DNA from: Vampirovibrionales bacterium
GTDB taxonomy: Bacteria > Cyanobacteriota > Vampirovibrionia > Vampirovibrionales > JAJTHC01
Assembly (NCBI GenBank): GCA_035285025.1
Contig: JAYKHY010000036.1
Coordinates: 1 to 64,000, forward strand
Direction of reading: 5' to 3'
DNA: 64,000 nt
Shown piece after piece: positions 48,369 to 59,216 of this stretch. The stretch's first letter is position 1. Every line of letters starts with the position of its first letter. Position numbers and translations under genes: made by a program. The notes below the pieces were generated by a model. That model did not search any database. It had not been told where the DNA came from and saw only the letters and a program-made list of their open reading frames with translations.

Positions 48369-49706
48369 TTATTTTGACGCGCCTTGCTGCAGAGCCTGTT
48401 GATAACACGAGAGAACGGCCTGCGCGTGCCGTTGCGGACTAAACCGGGCTTGCGCCTGCATGTAGGCTTGCGAAGTCACGGCTGCAAACGCCTGCGGGTT
48501 ATGCAGCGCCTGGTGCATTAGCGCAGTAAGCGCTTCGATGTTGCCGGGCGGGTACAGCCAGCCGGTTTGTCCGTGGGTAATGAGCTCGGTTACGCCGCCG
48601 GCTTGGGTGGCAATGCAGGGAATATTTTGCACCATGGCTTCTGCCAGCACGCGGCCAAACGCTTCGTTAGCGCTACTAAGAATTAACGCTTGCATTTGCG
48701 CGTATGCTGCTGTGGGGTCGGCTAAAAACCCTAAAAACGTCACGTTTTGCCTAAGCTTCAGGCGATCGAGGGTTTGTTGCACGTGTTGCTCGTAGGCTTC
48801 GTCTGCAAACGAGCCTGCTACAATCAAATGCGCTTCAGGTAGCTGTTGCGCGTCTGCTCGGCGTGCCTTAAGGCAGGCAAGAGCTTCAAGAATATCGGTA
48901 AACCGTTTACCCTCAGACATTCGACCCACGTAGCCAAAGTTTACTCTGCCTGCGTTAAGCCTTGGCGGCGTGCTGAGTGCAGCAAGCGTTGGCGATGGCT
49001 CTTGCAAGACGTTTTGGGCCGAGTTTGGCGAAAAATTTGCTGCATGTGCCGTTGCGACCGGATTTTCGATGACTCGCAGGCTGTTTAATGCGCTTTGGGT
49101 TTGCTTGGGCGCTTTATACGCGCGTTGCGCTAAAAGTTGCTGTTGAACGGCCTGGCTAATACAGATAACGCGCGCAGAAAGACCGAGGATTAGTTGCGTA
49201 CTGCGTTGCGCGCCAAGTAAAGGCACCAGCTTGGGCGTGGGTGGATGATATAGTTCTCGAATGTGCCACACGTGAGGAATACGGCAAACCCAGGCGGCAA
49301 GGGCGCCTTCGAGCGAGACGACGCTGTTGGTGTGGACCAGTGTAACGCGGTGTTGGCGAATGAGCCTGACCAAGCGCGCGATGCGCACGGGCGCGATGAG
49401 TAACAGGCTCAGTAGTTCGCTAAGGCGTTTTAGGTGGCTTACGGGGCTGTGCTTAAACCATTGCAGGCGTTGGTGCGTCGTAACGGTTATATTGTTATTC
49501 TGCAGCGCTTGTAGTGATTCGGTGAGGGGGCCGGGGCGCGCAACCGAGACGATGGCGTGAACCGTGCTGGGCAAATGCTTTAGTAGCTGCAACAGGCTTT
49601 GCTGCGAGCCGTACAGCTGGGCGTCGTGGCAAATGTATAAAATACGCAGCGGCTGCTGCGGTGGGGTATTTAGCGCATTTTCTTGCTGGGATATTGCTTG
49701 CGACAT
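48369..49706 (-). CDS. Glycosyltransferase family 1 (GT4-type)
   Basis: C-terminal E-x7-E region (EAFGRVLAEAMVQNIPCIATQAGGVTELI) typical of GT-B retaining glycosyltransferases. Confidence 0.8.
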   Translation of the reverse strand: MSQAISQQENALNTPPQQPLRILYICHDAQLYGSQQSLLQLLKHLPSTVHAIVSVARPGPLTESLQALQNNNITVTTHQRLQWFKHSPVSHLKRLSELLSLLLIAPVRIARLVRLIRQHRVTLVHTNSVVSLEGALAAWVCRIPHVWHIRELYHPPTPKLVPLLGAQRSTQLILGLSARVICISQAVQQQLLAQRAYKAPKQTQSALNSLRVIENPVATAHAANFSPNSAQNVLQEPSPTLAALSTPPRLNAGRVNFGYVGRMSEGKRFTDILEALACLKARRADAQQLPEAHLIVAGSFADEAYEQHVQQTLDRLKLRQNVTFLGFLADPTAAYAQMQALILSSANEAFGRVLAEAMVQNIPCIATQAGGVTELITHGQTGWLYPPGNIEALTALMHQALHNPQAFAAVTSQAYMQAQARFSPQRHAQAVLSCYQQALQQGASK

Positions 49707-50103
49707 GGCCTGGATGCTTTAACCTGAGCGGAGCAGGGCTTGCGTATTAAAGTTAACAATAAGGTGCTTAATGCTGGCTGGCCCGAAGCCAGAACGCTGT
49801 TTAGGCGTTGGTTTAGGCCTAAAGGGTGTAGCAGGGCGTAACGTAGGGCGGGGTACGATGAATATCGTGTAAAACGTTTGGGCGTTCGCTGTTTAAATGG
49901 CTGCGCAACGCGCGATGAAATGATACGCTAATAACCGTGTGCAAGTTCGTTTGTTGTGGTCGTTATTGCTTGGGATGTTGACCGAGCTAAATGTTTTGGC
50001 CTGCGCAATGGCTTTTATGCCTTTGATTTAATTGTATGATGGTTTTACTCAGCCTGTTCATCTCGATGCTGTTTGCTCCATATCGAGACGGTTCCCTTTG
50101 ATA

Positions 50104-51441
50104 ATGCATACGTTTGTTTTTAGTTTGCGCTATAACCGTGCGCCGGTGGCTTACCGAGAGGTGTTTGCCTTTAGCGACGACGCATTGCTGGCGAACATGC
50201 CGCAGTGGCAGGCGGCGTTAGGGGCCGAATCGCTAGCGGTTGTTTCTACCTGCAACCGAACCGAAGTTTATGTTGCGATAACAGGCACAGCCGAGCGTGC
50301 CTGCGCGCTGAAGCCGCAAATTGCCGAGCTGCTGTGTCAGGCGCGTGGGCTTTCTGCCGAGGCTTATGTGCCCTCTTTGCTTAAGGCCACGGTGTGTTAC
50401 TTGGCCGAAGATGCTGTTCGGCACGGGCTACGCGTAGCTGCAGGGCTCGATAGCATGATTCTGGCCGAAGATCAGATTCTGGGGCAGGTTAAACAAGCCC
50501 TTAGGCTTGCGCAAAAAGCGAAAACCGCAGGCAAAACCATCGATAGACTTTTTAAAACGGCGATTGTCGCGGGTAAGCGCGTGCGCCACGAAACGGGGAT
50601 TGCGCAGCGTGATGCCAGCTTGAGCCATGCAGCGTTTGCGTTTGCGCAGCAGCACGTGCCAGCTTTGGCGTCTGGGCATGCGTCGCCCACCCCGATTGCG
50701 ATTTTGGGGGCCGGTAAAATGGCCGAAATTTTACTGCAGGCCATTGCGTCCCAGCAGCCCGCGCTGTTGCCTTTATGCCGAGTTGTTAACCGTGGCGAAA
50801 AGCGTTTACAGGCGCTCACGAGTCGTTACGGCGTCTCTGGCTTTGCCTGGGAATCCTTGTCTCAGGCGCTCGATGGCGTTTGTGCAGTGTTTGTTGCCTC
50901 GGGTGCGCCGCACCCGGTGCTTTACCCAGAACAATTGCCCGAACGCACAACGGCTAGCGAGCCCTGCTGGGTAATCGATATTTCGGTGCCGCGCAACGTA
51001 GAGGCCTCGGTAGGAGAAGTTAAAAACTACGCGCTTTGTAATACGGATACCCTTGCGGCGTTTTTAGGCCGAGTTGCAGAAGATACCTTGAGTGTGGCTG
51101 CAATGGCTAAGCAAATTACGCTAGCCGAGGCGATAGTTTACGAAGAAGTCGAGCGGTTTAATGACTGGCTTAGCGGGTTAGATGGCTCTAAAACATTGGC
51201 GCGCTTTCAGGCGCGTATCAACGGGCTGCACGAGCATGCGCTCAGCGAGTGTACGCAGTCCCTGGATGCATCGCTGAAGCAAAACGTGGCTCTGGCAAGC
51301 CGTCAGGTGCTCAATCAGTTGCTGCACGCGCCGTATTCTCATTTGCGGGCGCTGACCCAGCAATCAAATGGCTCGGCACGGCAGCAATATGTGCAGAGTC
51401 TGGTGACGCTTAGGCATTTGTTTGCGCTTGACCGTGAGTAA
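50104..51441 (+). CDS. hemA: Glutamyl-tRNA reductase
   Basis: VSTCNRTEVY active-site motif and NADPH-binding GAGKMAE. Start at MHTFVFS. Confidence 0.9.
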   Translation: MHTFVFSLRYNRAPVAYREVFAFSDDALLANMPQWQAALGAESLAVVSTCNRTEVYVAITGTAERACALKPQIAELLCQARGLSAEAYVPSLLKATVCYLAEDAVRHGLRVAAGLDSMILAEDQILGQVKQALRLAQKAKTAGKTIDRLFKTAIVAGKRVRHETGIAQRDASLSHAAFAFAQQHVPALASGHASPTPIAILGAGKMAEILLQAIASQQPALLPLCRVVNRGEKRLQALTSRYGVSGFAWESLSQALDGVCAVFVASGAPHPVLYPEQLPERTTASEPCWVIDISVPRNVEASVGEVKNYALCNTDTLAAFLGRVAEDTLSVAAMAKQITLAEAIVYEEVERFNDWLSGLDGSKTLARFQARINGLHEHALSECTQSLDASLKQNVALASRQVLNQLLHAPYSHLRALTQQSNGSARQQYVQSLVTLRHLFALDRE

Positions 51442-51499
51442 GCCGGATTGTAAGTGCTTGTTTGGTCGGGTGGTTTTATTGCAGGCTGGGGCTAGTTGG

Positions 51500-52219
51500 C
51501 TAGGTGTTTCCGGGCTTGAATTTAACCTCAATGACTTCAAACACCCTCGAGATGTCAAACGCGCCCAGTGCAACAGGGTCGTGCGCCGGATTAAGGGGCA
51601 TTAGGCAGGCTTTGGGTTGGTTAAACGAGAGCATTTTAAACGTACCCAGGCCGTCGGTGGTTAAAACAACGTACCAGCCCTTGTGTTTAAGCTGTGCGGC
51701 GGGCCGAACCAGCAATATGGCTCCATCGGGGACGGGTGGATACATGCTGTTGCCGCGGACTTGCAGGCAAAACATGTCTGGCGAATACGTCTCGATGCTG
51801 TGCCATTCGTAATAGACAAGATTATCAGGGTCTTCCGGGGTGTCCACCATCTGGAGCTGCCCCGCGGCAACGGTTCCTTTGCAGGGAAACCGGTAAAAAC
51901 CCTCGGGTGCGCCCTGGCTCACGGCATAACTGCCTTGCGGTGCGTTAAAGGTGGTGCCTTTTGCGGTCAGCGCGGCTTTTAAATCGGCCAGCGAGTTTTC
52001 TTCTGCCAGGCGCAGGCCCCGTAATTCAGCCTCTGAAAGCGGAATGGCCGGGTGCGCTGCAAGTTTTTGTAAAGTGTCATCCGAAAAAGGGCGTTTGCCA
52101 TCCAGCGCCTCTTTTAGGGCTGGGTAAGCCACGCCCGCCTGCTTGGCCAGCTTCCAGGCCGAAAGGTTCTGGCTGCGGTGCAGCGATTCGATGAGCTGGG
52201 TTAAGGTCTTACGCAGCAA
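51500..52219 (-). CDS. LexA/CI-like transcriptional repressor (HTH + S24 peptidase domain)
   Basis: C-terminal S24 domain with GNSM (Ser) and a downstream Lys. N-terminal DNA-binding region. Confidence 0.8.
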   Translation of the reverse strand: MLRKTLTQLIESLHRSQNLSAWKLAKQAGVAYPALKEALDGKRPFSDDTLQKLAAHPAIPLSEAELRGLRLAEENSLADLKAALTAKGTTFNAPQGSYAVSQGAPEGFYRFPCKGTVAAGQLQMVDTPEDPDNLVYYEWHSIETYSPDMFCLQVRGNSMYPPVPDGAILLVRPAAQLKHKGWYVVLTTDGLGTFKMLSFNQPKACLMPLNPAHDPVALGAFDISRVFEVIEVKFKPGNT

Positions 52220-52283
52220 AATTGGTCTCTACTATCAGATATTAGAGGCTGGACAGTTTGGTAACATTATTGGTAAGCTTGAG

Positions 52284-52295
52284 AACAAATTTGTT
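52284..52295. promoter_or_regulatory. Perfect 12-bp palindrome AACAAATTTGTT in the divergent promoter between the S24 repressor and the Cro-like gene (candidate operator). A TTGGTAA direct repeat lies at ~52258 and ~52270.
   Basis: Read directly from the sequence, in the 112-bp intergenic region between divergent regulator genes. Confidence 0.5.
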
Positions 52296-52331
52296 ATCTG
52301 TTTCTAGGGATTTGCTTAGCGTCGTAAATTT

Positions 52332-52565
52332 ATGGCGAGTGGCTACGTTTATGAGTCCGGCGGCGCGCAATTGGCCCGTTTGCGCAACGCGCGTAGCCTA
52401 ACGCCTTACCAGTGCGCAAGATTGTTGAGTCTGAGCGTTAAAACCGTTTACGCGTGGGAGCTTGGCCACGCCGTGCCGAGTTTGCCACAGTTTGCGCAGC
52501 TTTGCCTTACGTTTGCGTTAACGCCCGAAGAAATCCTGGGCATAATAGATAGTTATTTACAGTAA
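52332..52565 (+). CDS. XRE-family (Cro-like) HTH protein
   Basis: LTPYQCARLLSLSVKTVYAWELG helix-turn-helix. Divergent from the S24 repressor gene. Confidence 0.7.
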   Translation: MASGYVYESGGAQLARLRNARSLTPYQCARLLSLSVKTVYAWELGHAVPSLPQFAQLCLTFALTPEEILGIIDSYLQ

Positions 52566-52574
52566 CCAAGTCGT

Positions 52575-53807
52575 TTACTGCAAGCTAACGCCACTGCCAC
52601 GTCCAGAATAAACGTTGTAGTCGAAGATGAACTGGACATCAATTTCGTTACCACGGTAGTTAGCCGGTAGCGGCCTGAACGGAGAAGACGCTCTGACGGC
52701 AGCCATTGCGGCGCTGTCTGCGACTTCGACGCCGGATGATTTCTGAACAATCAGCTTGCGTAAAACGCCATCGCGGCCAATGGTGAACAAGACCTCGATA
52801 CGTTTGTTACGGTTGTCGCTTGGTGGCGTCCAGTTACGCTTAATGCGGCGTTGAAGTTCTGCAATGTATGGGCCAAAGTCTGGCTCTGCAATGGCATCTA
52901 CACCCGCAGGGCCACCGCCACCACCGGGCGAGCCAAATTGGTTAGTGCTATTGCGGCCAGCATTACCGCCACCACCGGGTGCGCCACCTGGGCCACCGGG
53001 CGAAGATACCGCACCGGGAATTTGAACGGGGCCAGGCCGACCGGATTGACCCGCCTGACCCGGGCTACCGCTACTGCCCGCGCGCCCGGTTGTTGGCAGG
53101 ACGGGCCCGCTGCTGACTTGTCTGGGTGCGCCGGTAGACGGCAAGTTAATGGCACCCGGCGCGGGCGGTACAGGTACCGGGCGCTGCGAAGGCGTAGGTT
53201 TAGGAACGGACGCAGACGGCGGCGCCGGCTTAGGAGGGGCCTTTGGCGTGGGCTTGGGGCTGGGCTGCTGGGCAGGGGTTGGTTTAACCGCAGCTACAGG
53301 TTTTTGCGGTTGCCGAACTGGCTGTGGCTGAGGCTTAGCCGGTTGAGGCTGCGCCTTGGGTGCCGGCTTTTGAGGCTGATTGGGCGCGCCTGATTTTTGT
53401 AATGGCTGGGCAACGGGTAAGTTATCGACTTTTTTGCCGCCGGCGCGCGAGTCTTTTTCGGCTCTCAGGCGGGTGTTGGGGTTTCTGGGCTTTTGCGCAG
53501 GCGCTTCTACCAAAACAAACTCAAGTTCGCGCTGTTTAAGGTTCAACGGGTCAAACAGCGGAAACTGCCATCCAAACAGCTGTGCCAGAATCGCAAAAAT
53601 AATGGCTGCAAGCCAAATTGAGCCTACGACGCCTATATGGGAAGCAATGGACAAGCCTAAGGCCACGGGCCAGGACAGTTTGTTCTTTTCGTCCAGCTGG
53701 ATCATCCGAATGCCGGCTGCCAGCGCCGTAGGCAAGCTGTGTGAATTGCTCTGGAACGGATCGAGGGTGGCCGCGTTTGCGGTCGGCTGCTGTGCGGAAG
53801 CGATCAT
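52575..53807 (-). CDS. tonB: Energy transducer TonB
   Basis: N-terminal TM anchor, long Pro-rich (QPQKPAPKAQPQPAKPQP) spacer and TonB C-terminal domain (VLFTIGRDGVL...FRPLPANYRG). Confidence 0.85.
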   Translation of the reverse strand: MIASAQQPTANAATLDPFQSNSHSLPTALAAGIRMIQLDEKNKLSWPVALGLSIASHIGVVGSIWLAAIIFAILAQLFGWQFPLFDPLNLKQRELEFVLVEAPAQKPRNPNTRLRAEKDSRAGGKKVDNLPVAQPLQKSGAPNQPQKPAPKAQPQPAKPQPQPVRQPQKPVAAVKPTPAQQPSPKPTPKAPPKPAPPSASVPKPTPSQRPVPVPPAPGAINLPSTGAPRQVSSGPVLPTTGRAGSSGSPGQAGQSGRPGPVQIPGAVSSPGGPGGAPGGGGNAGRNSTNQFGSPGGGGGPAGVDAIAEPDFGPYIAELQRRIKRNWTPPSDNRNKRIEVLFTIGRDGVLRKLIVQKSSGVEVADSAAMAAVRASSPFRPLPANYRGNEIDVQFIFDYNVYSGRGSGVSLQ

Positions 53808-54206
53808 AATGCTTGGCGGGTCGTTAGGTAAGCTGAAACATAATAGCGCCAGATTTAGGGGCTTAGCGCTGTGTGGCCTATGTCCTAGGGTGTTCTGGCT
53901 GCAAGAGGCTTGACGTTTAATGCGGGCAAAAGTTGCACACGTGCTAGTTTTCGAGTGTTCTTTGGCAGCATTGTAGCCCAGAGATGCCACTAAAGCATTA
54001 AATCACAAACATGCTCGCTTATTATAGGTGTAACAAGAAGGCAATTTTTTTTACGCTGCTGTTTTAATAAGTATAAGATTTGAATTTTTTTCGTGCGCGC
54101 TAGAGCGTCGTGACCGGATGAGGCTGCCCGGATTTTTAGTGGCTTGTCAGGTGTCAGCGTGGCTGCGTTGTCAGAATCTCGTTTGTCTGAGTGAAGTTGG
54201 GTTCGT

Positions 54207-55232
54207 ATGATTGCTGGAATTTTACCTCATCGTTTGGAGTTAAGTCGCTCTAAAATGTTAAGCTCTAAGTATTATTCGAGTGCAAACACCCATAAAATTG
54301 CTACATATGTGGCTGTTTTGCAGCAAACGCCTCGTGCCACCCATGTTGTTCATCAACTTATGTTAAAGCTTATTGGGTCTTTCTGCAGGTACATTGCCTG
54401 GGGCTGCCTTATACTGGCCCCCTTGGCTTTGCTGCACTGGGGCATAAGCGTAATTGACTTAAAAGAGTTAAAGCCGCTTATTGAGGGGTTTTCTCCGCTC
54501 TTTATGCCGTTTAACGCCTCGATAGAGGCAGTGTTGCCGTTTTTGCCCAAGCCAGAAATCGGACAATCGGGTGCAAGCCTGGCACAAATTATAGTGGCGT
54601 TTATTTTTACCGTCATTTTCTCGGTGTTTAGTCAGGTTGACCGAGCGCTGATAGACCTGAGTGATGCGTTGCACCGAGAGCGTGAGGGAAAAAAGATAGC
54701 GCAATTGCAGAAAAAGGCGGTTGGGCAGTCCAAGGTCTTGTCGTTAAACCGGCGTAACAGTTATTCCCGGTTTTTGGTTATCGTAGAGTACCCGTTTGAC
54801 CAGGCGGGTGCGGTGAGTCGGTATTTTGACACGTTTGTCAACTTTCAGGGTAAGCCTCTGGCCGGCGCCGCGCACAACGAATTGATTCTGGAATTTATGC
54901 GCTCCGAGAAAGCGGTGATGTTCTGTATGGAGGCCGCGCGCAGCATGCAGGTACATTATACAACTTTACGGCCTTCGGACCCCAAGCCCCCCTTCAGGGT
55001 TGCATTGCACGCCATTGCGGGGACGCAAATTACGCCGCTTGAACTAAATTTGTGTAAGCAGATTGTCCGCTACGCCAAACCGAATCAGATTGTGCTTTCG
55101 GGCGACATGAAGGTTGCCATAGAGGGCGTTTCCGGGCAATTGACCGCCCGGACCGATTCGATGGGTATATACAACCTGGCGGGTAGCCATCAGGCCGAAG
55201 TGTTTCATTTGCTGACCGCAAAGCTCGCTTAA
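54207..55232 (+). CDS. Hypothetical membrane protein (341 aa)
   Basis: Two to four predicted TM helices N-terminal, then a soluble C-terminal half. No confident domain. Confidence 0.55.
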   Translation: MIAGILPHRLELSRSKMLSSKYYSSANTHKIATYVAVLQQTPRATHVVHQLMLKLIGSFCRYIAWGCLILAPLALLHWGISVIDLKELKPLIEGFSPLFMPFNASIEAVLPFLPKPEIGQSGASLAQIIVAFIFTVIFSVFSQVDRALIDLSDALHREREGKKIAQLQKKAVGQSKVLSLNRRNSYSRFLVIVEYPFDQAGAVSRYFDTFVNFQGKPLAGAAHNELILEFMRSEKAVMFCMEAARSMQVHYTTLRPSDPKPPFRVALHAIAGTQITPLELNLCKQIVRYAKPNQIVLSGDMKVAIEGVSGQLTARTDSMGIYNLAGSHQAEVFHLLTAKLA

Positions 55233-55719
55233 AGCTTTGCCAGGAGCTGATTTTTAAGCACTTATACAGGTCAAATATTGCTTTAAGGCAAAATTGCGCC
55301 TAATGCGGTAGCGGATTCCAAAATGCCTCAGGGCGGCATCGCGAAGGCGTTATCGGCTCTGGCTTTGTGCGTTTGAACACATAAGGCTAAAAAATCGGCT
55401 TATCGCGTAAAGTAACTCTTGTGAACATGACGGTTCGATCTGTAATTTTTGGGCTAAGGGTGGTGTGCTTGCTCAAAAGTGAATTATCTACGTCAATCAA
55501 TAAGTAGAGCCACATTGGGCGGCCCTGGGCGCCATAATTTGCGTTTGTAAAGCGTAATGAATCCGGTGCAGTGTTGTGCATCCTGTGGCGCTTTAGGGCA
55601 TAATAGAGCCCTGGTGCAAAATACACATTATTGTTGTACTAGCATTTTATGGCCTGGTTGCTGTTTTAAATGAGTAAGTCTTTTTTGTGACGCCTTTGTT
55701 GTTTTAAAGTTGACGCCCT

Positions 55720-56709
55720 ATGGAAAAGCTTATGCCGCTTGATTTTGAAAAGCCCGTCATGGCGATTGAAACGAAAATCGATGAGCTTGTTGCGATGAGC
55801 CAAGGCACGGGCATAGATTTTGATGCCGAAATTGAGCGCTTGCGCTTACAGGCCCAGCAATTGCGTAGCAAGCTCTACGAACAACTTACGCCCGCGCAGC
55901 GCCTGCAGATAGCGCGGCACCCGCAGCGCCCTAATTTTACGGATTTTGTCAAATTGCTTTCGCCCGGCTGCTGGTTTGAGCTTCACGGCGACCGCGCGGG
56001 GCACGACGACCGCGCGCTGTTAGGCGGTTTGGCCGAGCTAAACGGCCGGCCGGTGATGCTGATGGGTCAGCAAAAAGGCCACGGCATGAAGGAAAACCTG
56101 ACGCATAACTTTGGCATGGCCAACCCGGAAGGCTACCGTAAGGCGCTGCGGCTTTTGCAGCACGCCGAAAAATTCAAGTTGCCAGTGATTACTTTTATTG
56201 ATACCCCTGGGGCGTATCCGGGGATTCACGGCGAGCAGCAAGGCATTGGCCAGGCCATTGCGCTGAATATTCGGGAAATGGGCCGCTTGACCGTGCCTGT
56301 ATTGTCGGTTGTGACGGGAGAAGGCAGTTCGGGTGGTGCTTTAGGCATTGGCGTTGCCAACAAGATTGTCATGCTCTCGAACGCGGTTTATACCGTCATT
56401 TCGCCCGAAGGGTGCGCCAGCATTTTATGGCGTAAGGCGGAGTTTGCCGCGCAAGCCGCAGAAGCAATGCGCATTACTGCGCCTGATTTAATGCAATTTG
56501 GCATCGCCGATGCGATTGTCCATGAGCCGCAAGGCGGGGCGCATTACAATCCGGAAAAAACCGCCGAAGACCTTAAAAACACCCTGCTTTCGTTGTTGGC
56601 AGAACTTGATGCGATGTCGCCTGAGGCCCGTCGCGAACAGCGTTACGCAAAATACCGCTTCATTGGCGCTTACGAATCCAGCCCGGCACCGGTGCCAGCC
56701 ATCGCGTAA
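55720..56709 (+). CDS. accA: Acetyl-CoA carboxylase carboxyltransferase subunit alpha
   Basis: LDFEKPVMAIETKIDEL...ARHPQRP...GRPVMLMGQQKG collinear with AccA. Confidence 0.93.
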   Translation: MEKLMPLDFEKPVMAIETKIDELVAMSQGTGIDFDAEIERLRLQAQQLRSKLYEQLTPAQRLQIARHPQRPNFTDFVKLLSPGCWFELHGDRAGHDDRALLGGLAELNGRPVMLMGQQKGHGMKENLTHNFGMANPEGYRKALRLLQHAEKFKLPVITFIDTPGAYPGIHGEQQGIGQAIALNIREMGRLTVPVLSVVTGEGSSGGALGIGVANKIVMLSNAVYTVISPEGCASILWRKAEFAAQAAEAMRITAPDLMQFGIADAIVHEPQGGAHYNPEKTAEDLKNTLLSLLAELDAMSPEARREQRYAKYRFIGAYESSPAPVPAIA

Positions 56710-56983
56710 TCAAGCGCAGGCCAAAGCGTTGCTCTGGTTGCCTCGTGAGAGGCGCGATTTAATCGTGCAAACCAAGTTTTGGCTGTGTCGCCGGCGTTTT
56801 TAGACGCGTTTGATTCGCGAAAAACACACTTTCGCTTGGCTTAAACTTATATCCGGACTGTGTTTTTAGCTTGAGAAGCGTGGCAACCTAAAGCGGATTT
56901 GCTATAATGCTTTGGCCGGTAAAAGTTGTCTGTCAGATGCGCATCCGGTTTTTTTAATCGCGCTTAAGCGATCGGGAAAGACG

Positions 56984-57754
56984 ATGATGTCTAATTCGCC
57001 TGAAAGCGGTTCCGTAGAGCATCCGCAGCGTTCGCGTGCAAGGCGTACACGCACGCCTGAACTAAACGCCCAGGTGGGCCCATTTGTTTTGCCGCCCTTG
57101 CTCGCCTTGCCCGAGCAGGTTTCGGCGTTGCCCGACGAGGCGACGCACAGCATAACGAAGCGTGTGGGGCGGGTCGCTGCGCAAATGGTGCAGCAGCTGA
57201 ATCAGCATACGGGTGCGCTTGCAAACACGCAAACCGTTTTTAACCAAATGCTTGATATGCTGCCCGAAGTAAGCCAAGCCTTTGAAGACGCGTTTACCGC
57301 GCGACAAAAACCGTCTTCGGAGCTGGCACGGCGCTTGGCGCACAGCCGTATTGCGGCGCAAATTGACCCGGATCGTTCGGTGGGGTTAATGCATGTACTG
57401 TGGCAAACCCTAAGCTTTACGACGCGCGGTAATACTAAACCGCTGGCGCTTGCTTTGCCAGGCCAATCGCCCCGGTTTTGTGGCCGAATTATTGCGCTGC
57501 ACGGCGATTTTTTTGAGCTTTCGTCGCGCTGCGGCGAAACGGCTGATTTTGCGTGCTTGCTGGAGCACGAAATTGCCTCGTTGTACGTTCCCGAAGACCC
57601 GATGGAGCCGTTTGTGATGACCATGCGTCACGCAACAGATGTGCCTTCGGTGAAGCTCTACCCTGCGGATGCCGCGCGCCAGTTTTTAATGCGGACCATC
57701 GAAATGGTTTGTTGCGGTGGCTTTTTGCACGAACAGCCGTTTAAATCGCTATAG
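56984..57754 (+). CDS. Hypothetical protein (256 aa)
   Basis: ORF with start placed at MMSNSP. No domain recognised. Confidence 0.5.
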   Translation: MMSNSPESGSVEHPQRSRARRTRTPELNAQVGPFVLPPLLALPEQVSALPDEATHSITKRVGRVAAQMVQQLNQHTGALANTQTVFNQMLDMLPEVSQAFEDAFTARQKPSSELARRLAHSRIAAQIDPDRSVGLMHVLWQTLSFTTRGNTKPLALALPGQSPRFCGRIIALHGDFFELSSRCGETADFACLLEHEIASLYVPEDPMEPFVMTMRHATDVPSVKLYPADAARQFLMRTIEMVCCGGFLHEQPFKSL

Positions 57755-57841
57755 TTAGGCTTGGCCATTGCGCCAGGCAGATTGACGCCTTAAATGACAG
57801 GCGATTATGCCACCACTGGCAGTATAGCCTCTGAATAATCG

Positions 57842-58306
57842 TTAAATTTCTAGCGAATGGATGTAGCTGGCTTGCCAATGCGCGAGCGTGCCGTGCTGTT
57901 GTAAAGTTTGAATCAACGGGCTGACGACCTGGCTGGGTTGTATTGCGTAATGGCTAAGTTCAGGCAGGTCAACCAAGGCAACCTCGTTAATGTTTTCGGG
58001 GTAGGGCGGTGATTGCGGTAATGTGCCTTCACGCCAGTGGGCTTGCATAAAAATATCAAGCACGTGGCGGCCCTGCTCCAGATATTCGCTGATGGCTAAA
58101 AGACGCCCGGGCGTGATGCTCAGGCCCAGTTCTTCCATTAGCTCGCGTTGCGCGCATTCGGCCAGCGTTTCGCCAAATTCTAGCGTGCCGCCTGGCAGCA
58201 CCCAAAACGGTTTATTGTTTTGGCGCAGCAGCACCAATTTGCCTTGTGGCGGCAGTTGCAGCACCACGGCAACTCGAACCCGAATTTTGGCGCTGGGTTG
58301 ACCCAT
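57842..58306 (-). CDS. NUDIX hydrolase
   Basis: Nudix box GGTLEFGETLAECAQRELMEELGL. Confidence 0.85.
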   Translation of the reverse strand: MGQPSAKIRVRVAVVLQLPPQGKLVLLRQNNKPFWVLPGGTLEFGETLAECAQRELMEELGLSITPGRLLAISEYLEQGRHVLDIFMQAHWREGTLPQSPPYPENINEVALVDLPELSHYAIQPSQVVSPLIQTLQQHGTLAHWQASYIHSLEI

Positions 58307-58374
58307 TGAACCGTATACCTTTCTTAAAATAGAGTGATTACGCCACGACTACAAGTTACGGGATAATTGCAAGC

Positions 58375-59163
58375 CTACAAATGATGATGTGCGTCGGGCG
58401 ATTCACTGTGCAGCAAGAACCACGGCTCACTTTGCCCCATCAGGGTTTGAGCAATCATCCACACGCCAAGTAAAATCATGACCATAAACCCAAAGCGGCT
58501 GAGCCAGAGCGAGGCCTGCTTCCAGAATGTGGCGTGTTGCTGGTCCCAACCAAACAATTTGGTGCCCAGCGTGATTAATATCCCCAGGCCAATCACCATT
58601 GCGGCGGTGCCAACGCTTAAAAACAGCACAAACCAGAGCGCCATGGTGATGCCCCAGCCGGCCATGAGGCCAACTGCAATTAGTGCGCCCTCGGGGCAAG
58701 GGCGTATGCCGCTAATGGCTCCAATGCTGGCCAGCTCCCACCAATGGGGCGGGCGTTCGGGGCAAGCGGCGGGCGGCTCGGGCAAAGGGGTAAGCTCGGG
58801 TTGGGTTGGGTGTGCCTTATGGGGGTGGTGGCAGGCGCCGTAAGGGTTTTGCCAGTGTTGAATTAAAAGCACGCCGCCTAGCAGTGTAATGAGCGTGCCA
58901 AACACCAGATTCAGCCATTGATTGGCGTTAGGCCCCAGGGTTTTAAAGACGTTTAGCAGCCATGAGCCTGCAAACACCACCGCGCTGTTGCCAATCAGGT
59001 TAAACAACACCACAAAAACGGCTAGCGCCAGAATCTCGAACCAGCGGCAGCGGTGCGCGGCCAAATACGTTGTGATTAGGAGTTTGCCGTGGCCAGGCTC
59101 AAGGGCGTGCGTAAGGCCCATAGGCAGTGCCGAGAGCACGACGACCCAAGGATTAAGTGCCAT
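58375..59163 (-). CDS. rcnA: Nickel/cobalt efflux transporter, RcnA/NicO family
   Basis: ALEPGHGK motif, His-rich cytoplasmic loop (HHPHKAHP), and GIRPCPEGALIA matching RcnA GGLIPCPAAI. Confidence 0.75.
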   Translation of the reverse strand: MALNPWVVVLSALPMGLTHALEPGHGKLLITTYLAAHRCRWFEILALAVFVVLFNLIGNSAVVFAGSWLLNVFKTLGPNANQWLNLVFGTLITLLGGVLLIQHWQNPYGACHHPHKAHPTQPELTPLPEPPAACPERPPHWWELASIGAISGIRPCPEGALIAVGLMAGWGITMALWFVLFLSVGTAAMVIGLGILITLGTKLFGWDQQHATFWKQASLWLSRFGFMVMILLGVWMIAQTLMGQSEPWFLLHSESPDAHHHL

Positions 59164-59216
59164 AAAAAAATGCTTAGTAAGTTCGTAAAATTCTGGGGTG
59201 CAGCCAGGCGGCGTGC

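Noticed and set aside
55387-55626. ORF 55387..55626 - in the accA upstream region
   Set aside because: Short, no RBS, AT-rich promoter-like region. Probably non-coding.
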